Positions 1-13,418 of a stretch of DNA of 64,000 nucleotides are shown here, piece by piece (positions within the stretch are counted from its first letter, which is position 1; every line of letters begins with the position of its first letter). This DNA is from Oikopleura dioica (Eukaryota; Animalia; Chordata): assembly GCA_907165135.1 (NCBI GenBank), contig OU015568.1, positions 12,400,001 to 12,464,000 of the forward strand, read 5' to 3'. Below the pieces are notes generated by a model that saw only the letters and a program-made list of their open reading frames with translations, searched no databases and had not been told where the DNA came from. The translations under genes and the position numbers were made by a program.

Positions 1-618
1 TCGGTTGCGTCACGAGCTTGGCACCGGGCGTCGGCACTGTCATGCCGTTTGGCGCGGTCGGTGCTCCCTGACCAGGACGGAAAGCGTGATTGTCGTACGC
101 TGGTGGAGCTGATTGGAATGTCCTCCGCTGAAAAAGAGGATTTTAGACTCTCTAACTCTCCGTTATCGCTTTTACGGTAACACGTTAAAAGAGGCTGCAA
201 ACGTAAAATTCCCCAAAAGAGCGATAAGAAACCGCTAAAGAGAGTGACCCAAAACCGAACCTGATAGAAGGGCGTCAGATAAGGCCGGTCCGGCTTGTTC
301 AGCGTGTAAATATCTTCGTGCTGCTGGTTTTCGTCCTCGTCTTCGGCGATGTTGACGCTGCTCTTGAAGTAGTTGGCGTAAGCGCAGGAACCGACGCACA
401 GGAGAATCAAAGTGGCGATGATTGGGAAGAAGATTCGAATAACCATTGCATCTGAAAATTATCGGTAAGGACTGCCAGGAAAACTGTTTTTAAAGCTTAC
501 CATCTTCTTCGTCGTAATGATCGTTCCAAGCGGCAACGCCGTTGGGTTGTAGCGCAAGAATCCATAATGCCACCTCAAAGCCAAAGACCGTGGGCGCTCT
601 TGTAAAGACGTTCCCCAT
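1..618 (-). CDS. Small predicted single-pass membrane protein, 3' end outside window
   Basis: Spliced by eye from ATG 618 with GT-AG introns: MGNVFTRAPTVFGFEVALWILALQPNGVAAWNDHYDEED|DAMVIRIFFPIIATLILLCVGSCAYANYF...PFYQ|RRTFQSAPPAYDNH. Hydrophobic segment plus a PPAY (PY-type) motif; no family recognised. Confidence 0.6.
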
Positions 619-3600
619 CTTTGCTTGACCTTTCCTTGGAGAGGCGGTTTAACGAATCGGCCAGGCGTTATCTTTCTTTTATCATCGCTGCTTCTGAAAA
701 CAAAATTTACAATATTTCATAAACAAGGGAATTATCAATTGCCAATTGCCGAAATTCTTCGAATAACATTTTTTTTAATAATTATAATAAATATACTCCT
801 GGAGAAAAATAGGCCTCTTGAAACATTCTTGGACCAAAATTAACAATCGACTTAGTTTCCTTGTTGGTTGATTTTGAAATACCGTCGTTGTAGCGCGCAA
901 AACAAGGTCTATTTTGAGCATTGCGTCAATTACAATAATTTTAATTAATCAAATAAAGGATCAAAAAAAACTACTTCTTTTCAAAAAACAGGAAAAAACT
1001 TTCGAATAAATTTTTTAACAACGCTGTTCTGTAGCCGGAAAGAAGCGCCACCGCATCCTGAAGAAGGAAAATCGGCTAAAAGGGGTTGAACTTGAACCAA
1101 AGCCACATTATCCTCAACAAAAAGAGGCCGATTAGACTTTTTAGAAAGCGCCGCCGCAAAAATATAACGCAAGTTTGAACAACAATCCCTTTATAACGGA
1201 TCCGATAAGTTTCCGCTTAGCTGACGAAAATCGCGAAGTCTTGCGGTTAACGTTGAGAGAAATATTTGAGGCTCGATTTGTAAACAGATTTGGACTTTCA
1301 AGATTTTTGCAGAGGAAGAGAATTGATTCAAAATAGAAGTTGGAGGGCAAAACGGCCTTCTTTAAAAATAGAAATGATGAATTCTAGCGTGGCGATTCTA
1401 TTTTAGTCTACAGTTGGTCTTATATTTAAGGGTATCCTTTAGACTAGAGGCGTTTCTATAAGGGGTCAAGAAATTTCGATTCAAGGAGAATCCTTTTTAG
1501 AAAGATGAGAACAGCGCATCAAGGTGTGGTTTTTCGCGATGAAGAAAAGCAACAAGATAAAGCCGAGAACTGTCAAATTTCGCGATGGAAAACATAACAT
1601 GCTCTGATAAGCACAACCATAATTATTATGCTGATCTGGTTTCTTGACTCCTTGAAAACGAGGAGCGGCAATTCAAGTCTAACGTGGAACAACGCATAAT
1701 TATGAGATCTTTACTCGTCAAAATATGGCGGAAAAATTTGTGAACGAGATGAAAAATTTTCAAAACAACATTCAAGGGTCCATCGTTCAGGGAACGCACT
1801 GTAGGTTTCAACATTCATTCTCAAATACTGCTCAAAAATGTTTATTATAAAAAATTGCTATCTTTTGTTTTTTTTTCTCTTGAGCCGCAATGTTATCATT
1901 TTTAGACGGTCTTTTGATAAGAAAAGAATTAACAAAAATTAAAGTGCAATTACGGTAGTTAGCAAATGTTTCTCTGGCCGGATCTAGGCAGACAGATATG
2001 ACGGGGAACACCTGTTACAGAAGGGATAACCGCGTGTTTGACAGTCATGAATCCGCTTCATCAAAATTCGCGATCTGGCTTTCCGAGGCTCTATTTTTCT
2101 ACGTCCAGGTGTTTTTGTAAAATGATTTCACCGGCGTTCAAAATAACCCGGAATCAAGCCGAGTTAATGAGCGACGGCTCGGATCATCTACCACGAGGTA
2201 TTAAGCTTATCTCATATTAGAAGGCGTGGTCAATACGGTATTCGGGGCTTATACAGTAATGAGCGCATTTGCTAGAGGAAATATTAATTTGACCAAATCT
2301 GAGGCAAAAAAAAATGAACTTTTTTGCGAAAGAACGGGTTAATGGTTGAGCTTTAAAAATTGTCTCATTTCTTGTTCACACCCTTAATATAATAACTAAT
2401 GAATTTTGTATTGAGATCAATTTATATTTACCTTTTTCAACAAATTAAAATTTCAGAAATAGTTCTGTTTTTCGGCGATTTTTTCTTGCAAAACTCTCTT
2501 TTTTCGTTTTTTTCACAAATTTTTTCTCTGGCACTTTGAAAAAAAATTTGTTGACTATTTCTTGCGCTTAATTGTTTTCAAAATTGGAAATAAATCAAGG
2601 AGAATTGTAACTTTTTTTGCAATTCACGGTTCACGATTCAGAAGGCGCACCACCACCAGGGGTGCCTCTTGCTCCATAAGAGAGTACTTGGTGTCGCCTG
2701 CGGCAATCAGCGGGGCTGGATTAAGGGTGGCTACGGTGGTGGAGGAAGGCTAAGCGCACTCTTCGTATCCTCGGATAAGAAAATAAATCCTTGAGCACTT
2801 TCTGAAGGGATAAAAGGAAATTTTTAGAGGGCTTAGAAAAACACCTTCAAGAGAAGGAAATGAACTTCTAATTTTAACGAAAAAATAGAAAATTGTTATC
2901 AGCTTTTCAGCTTGAAAAACGGTCAATAGTTTGGAAAAGAAACTTGATTTTTTATTAGCTGACAGTATTTCGAGGAAAGGAAGAAGTTTTAAAATTTCAA
3001 AGATGAAAATTATTTCGTTAAATCTTCTCAATTTATCTTTATTTTTTACCTGTTTATTTTCACGGGCAAGCGCTATAATTAAATTATCAGTCGTACGGTG
3101 AAAAAACAATAAACACAAACGCCTGATAGAATTATTAATCAAGACCTTGAAACCAATTAACTAGCTGTTTTCATCCCAATCACGCTTAATCCCAAGAACT
3201 GCTGTTCTTTGACAACCCTTTTTTGATTCATCAAAAATAACCGTAACTCTTCCTCGCTTTTTTTTTATTTTTGGAATATGAAGAACATGGATTTATTTTG
3301 ATTTTATGCCGATGAAGTTATCGACCTTAAATCCTATCAACACGAAAATAAATTTCTTGGTGCGAAATTTGGATAAAGAGAGGGAGCACCCTAGCATGGT
3401 GGAGCTGCGCTAACGCTCGCCGCGCGCATTGGTGCAAAATGGCGCCCAAGACAGTCTCCCAATCATTAACTACCAACGAGTTGTTGCAGAAGTGGTTATC
3501 GTAAGGCTTTCTTCAGATAAGCACCAACAAGTAGACTTTGATGTGGGTGATTGTGTTTGTTAGAAATTTTAAGCATGAATTCATGGCAAAAAATAAAATT

Positions 3601-3628
3601 CTTTGAAATCAAAATGACTGTTTTTTAT

Positions 3629-4693
3629 TCAGTAGACTTTCAAAATTTGATTTTCGCAAATCAATATTTCTGCTTCAATGTTTCTCGACTCTTCCACTAC
3701 AGCCTTGAGATTTTCTTCACATTTTTTGAGATTTTCTTTCGCTTCTTTGACCAAACGTTCGCATTTTTGTTTTTTGCGATAAGTGACTTCTAGTTCAGTT
3801 TGAAATTGTCGAAGCTTGTCGAACAGTTCTTGACAGCAAGAAGTGTCAAAGAACTCATCAAAAGTCAACGAAGTATCGCAGTTTCCTTTCGGACAGGAAA
3901 ATTTTGCATCTGTTTTCGTGATTGGCAACGCGAGTGAGTCGGAAGAGCTCCAACAGATTTCACAAGTCGTTGGAGCTTCGAAGGGTTGGCTCATCAATTT
4001 TGTAAACCTAGCGAATTTCGGTTGATCCTTACCTGGACCAAAATCAAAAATGGTCCAGGTAAGGATTTTGGTCCACGTAAGGAAATGGTCCAGGTAAGGA
4101 AAGTCAAAAAGATTTTTTTTTCAAAGTAAAAAATCCGAAAACGTGACTTAAAAAAATTGTAGTCGACCCCCCTCTGAGAAATTTTTTTGAATTTTGAAAA
4201 TTTTTTAAATGTTATTTTTGGACTCAAACTGATAGATACAGGCAAAACGGACTAAATATCCGGAAGTATCAAATCTCCGGAATTGTCCAAATTTTTTTGC
4301 TTCCAAAATGCATGTTTTAAGTGTCATGGCCGACAGAAACCAAGTTGTAAAATAAGGGCGATACTAGCAATGTCGCCGAATGTCGCCGAATCTCGCTGAA
4401 TGTCGCCGAATCTCGCTAGAAAGACAATTTTTTAGGAATAAAAACAAAAATAACATGTTCGAGAGATTCTTTTTGCCATTTTTGATTTTGGTCCAGGTAA
4501 GGAAAATGGTCCAGGTAAGGATTTGGTCCAGGTAAGGATTTGGTCCAGGTAAGGATCAACCGCGAATTTCATCAACGAAAAGCGTTAATATCACACTTTA
4601 CCCGTGACATTCAGAGCATTCTTCTACCAATCCAACATTTTTAACAAACCTTTGATCGATTCTCTTTATATTGGATTCGATGTCGTCCAATTT
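3629..4693 (-). CDS. Cys-rich (zinc-finger-like) plus coiled-coil protein, 5' end not resolved
   Basis: ORF 3629-3997 (CEIC...CPKGNC...CC, then a heptad-rich tail) joins in frame to exon 4693-4602 (...EECSECHG|FTKLMSQ) across a GT-AG intron 4601-4008 that contains a MITE. Confidence 0.5.
4020..4561. mobile_element. Non-autonomous MULE/Mutator-type MITE, 542 bp
   Basis: TIR GGTTGATCCTTACCTGGACCAAA at both ends; subterminal TGGTCCAGGTAAGG repeats; exact 9-bp TSD GCGAATTTC (4011-4019, 4562-4570). Confidence 0.9.
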
Positions 4694-5019
4694 CTATCAT
4701 TTTTCCGAGGAACCTTCCTTATATCCGACCGTTCCTGAATCAAGCGAAGCGCTATTTATTCAAAGCAAATAATTGAGTCATTCAATTCAATAAAAACTTT
4801 CAAAAAGTTTTTCTGTATTCAATCAATTAAGACTTTGAATTCTTATTTTGTATCAATTTCAACTTCAAAATGCCTAAAAAGAAACGTTATTTAAAATTTT
4901 GCGTCAATTCGCCGGCAATTTAGTTTGTACTGGAGCAGTGCTGATTCAGCACTTCAGAAAAATTTATCTTTTTGTTTGACGCTTATCATTGTTTCCTAGC
5001 TCGGCGGGTGACTGGGTTG

Positions 5020-7087
5020 ATGCTAGGTAAACACGTTGCCTAAAATTTTCTTTTTAGGTTTCTTTCAACCCCATTGTGAGCGTTAAATCCCTGAAATCGC
5101 ATTGTCCGGTAATGTTGCGTAACGGAGTACGTAAAAATCGGGAAATTTTGGGAATTCGTGACCAGAGATAGCTTTTGCAAAAAATGTGGCTTGGAATTTT
5201 TGTGATTATAGAGCTGACCAGAGCTGCACGGCCGATATTTATCTTCCACGGCCTCAAGTCAAGAGTTCGAAATTAAAAACGAACGTGTACTAGCGGAACA
5301 GTCTTGAATATAAATTCAATTTGAAGTCATTATGAAATGGCGTTAAAAGAAAGCCAACTTTATTTTGAATCTAAATTTCAAGGATTATTTATTTTTATCA
5401 TTTGAAATGATGTTTCGAGTTTCGAGAAATAAATAATTTTTCCCATAATTTGAAAGATAAAATATTGAAGGTCTATTTTAACCTGAAGTTCGGCATTCTT
5501 GTAAAAGGAACATTCCCACGACTTCAACGACTTCCGCGGTTTTGTAGAGCAGCGAGCGCCTGGTACAATTATCCACTATGCAGATGTGGTAAGACTTATC
5601 GTTTCAAGCACCCTCTAAATATTTTCTCCCCAGTTCAACGGCGCGTCTTCTTTCCAAAATCTGCCCAAACAACATCTTGCTTATACAAAGGAGTTCTTAA
5701 AGCTTTCCGAACAGTATCCGGATGGAATCAACGTCGTCGCTTTTAGCCAAGGCGGACTGATAGGAATGGGTCCTGAATGATTTTCAAACAACTGTTTGTT
5801 TTCCTCAATCCTAAGTGTGGACCCTTAATTTCAGCTCGCTGCGTGCTCCAGTCAAATCAACACAATGTGCACACGTTTATCGCCATCTCAAGCTAGGGTT
5901 TTTAATTGTTCAACAACTCTTTATCTTTTCCTGACAAACGAACAAAGGATAACCCTTGAAAAAGCCCCCTGAACGGTCAATTCGGCGAAACCGACTATCT
6001 CCGCAAAAAGTACATAAAAGTCAACAAAGTAATCACTTAACCCTTATTAAAAAGAAAGTAAGAATGTTTTAGTTCAATTTGTATAAATATTTGTACCGAA
6101 AACGTGGACAATCACTTTCCATCGCGAATTACTGGCGCGACCCCTATCACCTGGATGAATACGCGGCTGCTTCTGAATACTTGGCTGTGTACAACGGCGA
6201 AACTCAGTGACCCGGGGTGAAAAGGACTTTCTCTTCTTTGCTTTCTTAATACTATTTACTCGGGAAATTAATTATTTTTTCTTCTGGGCTTGAATATCTA
6301 ATCTGAGAATCAAATCAATCAGCTCCTTCCCTCGCCCTTCTCAATTTTCACTTTTCACCCCTCCGTAGAAAACGCCCATCGATCCTGTTTGGGCTGATAA
6401 TTTCAGGAACTGGTTCTATTTTTTTAGAAATTGTTTTCAAGAAAACGTGGAACAAAGCTGAAAAGGGGTGCATCATGAGTTCTATGCGTGACCTGCTCTG
6501 TTTTGGCGATGCAAAAAGTTACGCCTCAAGAATTTAAAATTGCTTGCATACAGAAATTGCCGCTATCCGGCTTTACGTAAATATGGGACATTCTTAAAAT
6601 TGCCGAACCACAAAAAAAGTCGACTGAGGCAGCTAGTTACGATTGGTGGGCCAAATGATGGAGTTATTGAACCTTGGCAGTCGTCACAATTTATAAACTT
6701 TCGGTAAGTGATTTTAATAATCCTCTCAATAACGAATTCAAAGAGAAAACTCCACGGAAATCGCAGATGTATCAACATTCGACTTTTACAAACGCAATAT
6801 TTTCGGCCTAAAAACTCTCGAAGAAAAAGGTCGCTGGAAAAGACACGTTCAAGACGGCGTAAATCACCACCAGAAACTGGGCTCTTGAGTCGCGAAAAAC
6901 CACCAAAGTGCAATTTTATCTTTCCTGGTTAAAATTGAACAAGTCCGAGAGGTTATCACTTTGAGCCCTTTACTAGTGGATAAGGAATGAAACCGTCTTC
7001 GACAATTTTATCTGGCCATATCTTCGACAAGACCGACCTGCTTTTGAGTGGATGAATGATCCTGCACAAATTGAGAAAGATAGCTAA
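5020..7087 (+). CDS. PPT2: Palmitoyl-protein thioesterase (PPT2-like), multi-exon
   Basis: Exon translations RPIFIFHGL, GINVVAFSQGGL (catalytic Ser), GQFGETDYL, IANYWRDPYH, LVTIGGPNDGVIEPWQS, FGLKTL and WIRNETVFDNFIWPYL match the PPT2 family. Start and the last splice donor are uncertain. Confidence 0.85.
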
Positions 7088-7319
7088 CGGACAATTGTTA
7101 TGACTGCCGTAATTTCGAATAAAACTCCTAATAGGATCGATTAGGAGTCTGTTTATACCATAATTAAGCCCCTTACATAACATGAAAAGTCCAAGTTGAG
7201 TTCTGAAACGTGAGTTCTAGGTTTTCTTATAACAGATTACTAATTGGTTATAAAGTATTCAAAATAGTTTCTTTTTTAATGGAAAGAAGAGCTGATTATG
7301 AAAAATAGGAAAAAAAAGT

Positions 7320-9746
7320 TTATTTGAAGTAGTGTTGAGAATGATAAGAGTCAGAATACTGGGAGTAGTAGCCGGAGAAGTGAGACAGCTGTGATGGATT
7401 TCTTTCCGGCAAGCTCTGGGTCTCGCTGTAACTCGATCCGACAGCGCTGTCATTTAATCGAAGATCGTAATTGTCGTCTGGCAGTTCTTCGATAACGACT
7501 TGATTTTGCTCCTGCGACAAAGCGGCAACTGGGACTCTACGTTGGTGGTCGATCACGCGACTTTCGACGTATTCGGGGATGAAGAAGTTTGAAAGATATG
7601 TTCCTCGGTAAACTCCATTCTGAAAATAACAATTTTTGAAAAACTCTTTTGCAATGAAAAAATACCTCGATAGATTCAAGAGCTTCAAGTTCGACTTTAT
7701 ACTCAAGCTCCTCCATGACAGCAAGCTCGTGGTAAAACATCACAATATCCCAATATTGCTTCATCGTATCATTGTTGAATTCTTCAATTGTTTGGATCCC
7801 CATCGTCGCTAGAATCTAGGTTCAACAAAATCGCCCGAAACCAAGATCGGGTTTTATCGGGTTTTTAGTAGGTCGGAAAAATCGGATCGGGTTTTGTTGG
7901 ATTTTATCGGGTTTTTGTCGGGTCGGAAATCGGGTTTTTATCGGGTTTTTTGTCGGATTTTTGTCGGGTTTCCTACAAGCAAAAATTAAAAAAAATGAAG
8001 TGAAAAGAAGGTCAAAAACTCATCTTGAGCGGATTTTTTCAACAATTTTCGAGGATCATTTATAATAATATTTAGATTTTTGTACATTTTCCCATTGTGC
8101 ATCTCCTAGTACGATAAAAACGCCTGGTCGAATACGGTAGAATATAGAATAAATAATCCCACCCCTGTTTATATGTTTAGAAAGCTTAGACATTGCTGAG
8201 TTGCAGTTTAGGGGGTTAGGCCTTGCCGAGGTCACATGACCTCAAATAACCCATGGGGTTGAAAACAGGGCCGACTATTTTCCCCGGCGCCGAATTTTGC
8301 CCGATTGTCCGACTTTGCCCGATTTTAACCTCGTAAAATCTAGCCCTGCGCCGCCCGATTTGCCCGCCCGCCCGATTCTTGCCCGACTTGCCCGGTCCCA
8401 ACGTTCCAACATGGTTGAAAATAGTTGGAGTACTAAAGCCTTCAAGCTCAGGCGTTCTCTGAAATTCCTCGCCGAATTTCATTCTCTCAATTGACAGAAG
8501 ATTATCTTTGGTAAGATTAATGTGAATGTGCATTTTGAGTAAAAAAGGGCAAGGGAGGCTATTTAGACCGACTGTGATTGGCTGAAAAGGCAAGAAAAAC
8601 CCGACGAAATTCCGACAAAAACCCGATCCTACGTCGGGTTTTGAAATTTTCAGGATCGGGTTTTGTAGGGTGAAAAAAAACCCGACAAAACCCGATAAAT
8701 ATCCGATCCGATATCGGGTTTTCCGGGCATCGGATTTCGATTTGTTGAACCTAGGCTAGAATTTTATTTCGCATGGTGGAAATGCGAGATCTGTCTGATT
8801 GATTCAAAGGGAGACGAACATCTCTGGGGAAGTTGAAGCGGCTTTTGATTTGATTCGGTCTGATTCCAGCAAGAATCAGCCCTCGGACAATGATGTCCTG
8901 CTCATGGACGAGCTGCCAAGATCCAACACGATAAGTGAGGTAGATATCCAACCTAAAAGAAGAAATCTTCAAAACGCTCTCTCTCTTTCCTTTTTTACCC
9001 GCAAGGATCTCCATCGACAAGAAGAAAACAAGGCACATTCCATTGATCAAGCCTGGCTAAAAGTGCACGAGTGGCTCTATCAGGTTGTCCTCTTCCTGTG
9101 ACAAGAAGACAATCCCTGGTCGCGCTGAATCTTTCTTCTACAAGTCGCTGGTAGATTGCGAATTTCTCCAAAACAAGGACGAACTGTGGAAGTTGCACCT
9201 CATTCAAATTTATGTCCGAGATATCAGGTGGTATTTGCCCTCCTTGTTCGGAGGCAAAATTGCAGCCGGGGAGGTGGAGATGTCCCTGAGCTTCACCCTT
9301 TGCAGCTTGATGGAGGCGTAGCTCAGGACGAGCGACGGAGAGGATATACGCTAGCTCATCTTTTAGAGGCATAAAAATAAATGAAGAGACGCAGAGAGGA
9401 GTTTTAAAGCCTTTCCTACAGCAGTATCAACAACTCTTTGATCTTGAAACAATCCAGGATGCATGTAATAAAGTCCTCGTTTCGTCGAGCTGGCTCCCTC
9501 TCTGATCAACCTGTGCACTGTGATCCCTACTGTATAGAGCGAAAGAAATCTGTCTGAGAGGACTGACATTCGATATGAATCCTGCCTATTAAAATACTCG
9601 CTCCTTCGACTTTTGTTGGGCATATTTACTTCTACTCGGGGCTGGAAGTCCTGCTGACTTTTTATGCTCTCTGTCATGCGCACGAGTATAAACTCAAGGT
9701 GATAGTAATGCTTGGGGAAGAGTACTTTTCGTTGCAATGAATTCAT
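7320..9746 (-). CDS. SPO11: Meiotic topoisomerase VI A-like protein SPO11, interrupted by a MITE in a coding exon
   Basis: TKRGLYY (catalytic Tyr motif), LFQDQRVVD, LVLEKFAIYQRL, LVTGRGQPDRATR, LLVDGDPCGLDIY. The C-terminal KVELEAL...YLSNFFIPEY lies on the far side of the insertion (7815-7320). Confidence 0.93.
7816..8754. mobile_element. hAT-type MITE, 939 bp, inside SPO11
   Basis: TIR CTAGGTTCAACAAA; subterminal ATCGGGTTTT arrays; exact 8-bp TSD GCTAGAAT (7808-7815, 8755-8762). Confidence 0.92.
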
Positions 9747-10240
9747 GACTTGACTGATACACACCCCTGAATTCAATTCAGGTTAGAGTTTTATCTTGAC
9801 TCAACACTTTATTCAAATAAAAAGACAAAGAGGAAAAGAAGAGCCAGACAGATAAATGAAGACAAGTTGGTAGTAGCTTGAAGGGCTCTGGTTGTGTGAG
9901 TGTTTTTGTGATTCTACAAGATTTCTGGCTACTATTTTAGAATTTTTTTATCAATTGAAGAATGAAACAGATAAACGAATATCAAAATAGAGGGTTGATA
10001 ATATCAAAAGTCAAAAAATTAAAGTAAGCTTTTTTTTATTTTTTTTCTAAAAGTCGAAATTCAAAAAGAAGATGACGAATAAAATAGTTTGTGGAATAAG
10101 GCCGAAGTCGGGGCAGTAAACTCGATAATCCTAAAGAGGCAAAATCCACCTATTGTACCGCATAATGGGGTAAAGGAGTTTTGAGTAGCAAGTTTGCAAT
10201 AGCAGAAGGAGATTTCCTCTTTGAACGGGCATAATTCTAA

Positions 10241-12121
10241 TTACTTTGAGTCTTCTTCGCCTGGTGCGGCTTCTTTAGCATCACCTTGCTCCTAAAAATA
10301 TAAAGATGAAATGATGAAATCAAGGAAGAAAACTTACAGTTGGCTCATCATCTCCTTCAAGTCGAGGTTCCTCATCTTCAGAGCTTTGCTCAATCTCCTT
10401 TTCCTATAAACACACGTAGAAAGAGGAAATTGAAAACAGAATCTACCTCAGCATCGGATTTCTCGGCATCAGAATCGTGTGGGTCGTCTTCAGTTGGCTC
10501 ATCAGTCTTTTTCTTTCGAGCAACTTCGTCTTCTATACATTAAAATCAACATTTGATCGCTTTATTGAGCAATTTACCTTTAGATTCGCCGCTGCAGCAG
10601 AAGTAGATGATCAGTCCAAAGACTGGAATGATAACGGCCATGACGTAAACAGCCCAGAGCCATGGTCGACCTTCAGTTGCTTCGACGAAGGGAGTGAGAA
10701 CGTTGCTGTTCTGCTTCTTTCGCAAAGCCCAGGTCTACAAAAATGTCAACAGAACTCATTTTCTCTTTCTACAAACCTGTTCAACGAGCGCTCGAGCGGC
10801 GTCAGCGTTGTTTCCAATGTAAATGTTGTCGAAGTAGATATCGTCGGACAAAGTCCAGAGTTCGAGACCAATAGCGCCAATTGGAGTCATTTTATAGGGG
10901 GTAGCGTCTTCGAAATACTCTGGGTTGGGAATCTTACGTGGCGCCCACTTGCCATCGTAATCGGGGTTGTCGATCATTGGCGCTTTCCATTTACCCTTTT
11001 AAAAGTGTTTTCATGGAGAAATTCGGACTGTTGGTTACCTTGTAAGCTGGATTATTGATTTCCGGTCGGAGCCAGGCTCCACAGCCAGGAGCACTTTTGC
11101 AAAGTTCGTTTTCAATTAGCGGTGCTTCCCATTCGCCGTCCATTTCTTCGTCCCAATCGTCGGGCATCACGCTATCAGGATCAGGAATAAGCGCTTCTTC
11201 ATCATCGAGCCAGCCATCGGGCTTCACAGCATTTTCATCAGGAATCTTAGCTGGTGCAGTTTCATCCCAGTCTTCTGGCTTCACTGCCTCGGGATCGGCG
11301 ATTCGTTCTCGCTCGTCCCAGCTTTCGGGCTTCGAGTCCTCAGGGTCATTGATTTCCTAAATAATCCTCTATATTTTGTCATTTTTTGGAAGTGCTTACC
11401 TTTGGTGGAATTATTGGCGGGGAGATATCATCAAGAAGATTTCCAGACATAACCACCTTGTTATCGATGGAGATAGCGAAAGTATTATCGGTGTTGACTT
11501 CCAATCGGTAAACATGAGGCTTGTTATCGGTGTACTTCTTTTGAAGATCGCTGCTGTCCGCCTTTTTCGACGGAGAGCGTTCAGTGATTTCACCAGTGAC
11601 GGGATTTTTGTAGCGGAAGATGAAGTGGAGCTTGTAATCGGCGCCGCACTTGTCTGGACCAAACATGATCGTGAAAGGAGTTTTGTCGTCGAAATTAACT
11701 AAATCGTCGTCCGATTGAGAGAGAAGCTTCATGTAGCCACCACCGCATTCGATTCCGTTCTGGAAGGCAACTTCATATTGGGCAACGAAGTTCGACTCGA
11801 AGTTGAATGGCTTGTCAAGGTAGTTTGCAAGAGCGTGGTGGGCGGCTTTCTTTTTGATAACGAGGCCCTAGAAAACATTAAAAACTGAACCAAGGATGCT
11901 TTCTTTACTTGATCTCCTTCAAGAGCTTCTTTAGCTAGAGCTTCGACAGCCCATTTTCCACCAGCGTACTTTTCGTTGTCAGAGCGGGTCCAGCCATCGA
12001 TAGCGTCAGCGGAGTCAAAGGACTCATAAAAATGCACCGAGCCTTCTGGCACAGGGGTCTGGTAGCCGCTTTCGTCGGCCAGGCAAGAGCCGGCGATCAA
12101 CGCTGTTTTCAGCAATTTCAT
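10241..12121 (-). CDS. CANX: Calnexin
   Basis: Signal peptide; [29 protein letters not shown]-domain KPEDWDE repeats, [19 protein letters not shown]; TM segment and acidic tail. Confidence 0.96.
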
Positions 12122-12146
12122 TCTAAAACGAGCACATGTATAAAAC

Positions 12147-13199
12147 TTATGCATCAGAAAGGTATGCTCCAGACAGAGAAGAGTCCTCTGGCAATGTAGC
12201 TAGAAAAAACGGCAATTGAGCTCCTTCTTCCGGCGTTTTCTTCGCATTCGGGTTCCCTTTATTCATCTCAGTCGCCACAAATCCAGGGCAGCAAGCATTA
12301 ACGAGAATTTTACGCGAGTCCTCTTTCTTAGCCTTTTCTCTAAATTGAAATAACGAATAATTAAAAAAAGAAAAGCGGAGGCTGGTATTATCTACAGGTA
12401 GTCTAGAACTACTCACGCGTAAACACGAGCCAGAGCATTTATGAGAATCTTCGAAACGCCGTAGCAACTTCTTGGCAGATTTTTGTCACTTTCGTAGTTG
12501 TCGATGTAGGACTGGGCAAGTTGTTCTAGTCTCTCTTCCGTTAGAAAGATGTTGTTTTGACCTAAAAAGTGAAATTAATTGAAATCAATGAAGAAGGCTA
12601 AAATGCGTTTGTCTTGTTCTATTGTCCCTATTTTCGCCATGGCATGTGACAGTTTACCGATTTCGTGAACCAATGGGTGTCGGGCATTTGTTAGCGTCCT
12701 CATCGACACCATGGAGCTCATAAACACGACTCTGGAAGAATCCGCCATGAGCTCGTAAAACTCCTTCATCAAACACGAAGGTCCCCAAAAGTTAGTCTTC
12801 AACATATCCTCAACGAAGTCGCGTTTGACATTTCCACCGCCGCTTATCGCCGCATTTTGAACCAGCACGTCCAGCTGCCCGTATTCCTTCGCTACTTTTT
12901 CTCTCAAATTCGTGATGGAAGTCGAGCATTGTAAGTCGAGCTGGAGGACGTCGATGTTGGAAAGACTGCCCAGCTCGACTGCATTTTTTTGAGAAAGCAG
13001 TTTCTCGATTGAGGACTAACCTTTTGCTTTTCTTCCCTTTTCCAGGTTTCTAGAGACGAAATGTCAGTTTCAAAAATTGCTCTAGAAAAATATTGACCTA
13101 CCGAGAAGTTAAAATGACTTTGAAGCCTCCCAAAGCGAGTTTTCTGACAATTTCTTTCCCAATTCCGCGATTTCCTCCAGTCACTAGGGCGACCTTCAT
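12147..13199 (-). CDS. Carbonyl reductase-like short-chain dehydrogenase/reductase
   Basis: MKVALVTGGNRGIG, DVLVQNAAI, RVVFMSS, YGVSKILI (YxxxK), VNACCPGFVATEM, KTPEEGA. Confidence 0.9.
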
Positions 13200-13418
13200 T
13201 TTCTCAGCCTTAAAAGGAAGCGTAAAGTAAACAAAAAAGAGGGTTGAAGAATAAGTACAGAAAGTATAGTGGAGTGACACCCGGTGTAAATAACGAAGGA
13301 GCAAAAGGAACTGTGGGCTGTGTTTTCTTTTGATTGCACAAATGTGGTTTTCTTTTGAATTGGATAAGAAGGAACTTGAATTCTTGAAATCAAGGAAGAG
13401 TTCTGAATCGTCTTTCAA

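Noticed and set aside
1500-3560. Exon-like patches between the first gene and the Cys-rich gene
   Set aside because: I could not assemble an open spliced reading frame or recognise any homology.
4020-4561. CRISPR-like short repeats (TGGTCCAGGTAAGG)
   Set aside because: No unique spacers of constant length, eukaryotic context, and they are subterminal repeats of a MITE.
6860-6935. Frameshifted PPT2 C-terminus suggesting a pseudogene
   Set aside because: A better-matching terminal exon (WIRNETVFDNFIWPYL) lies at about 6976-7087, so this stretch is probably intron.
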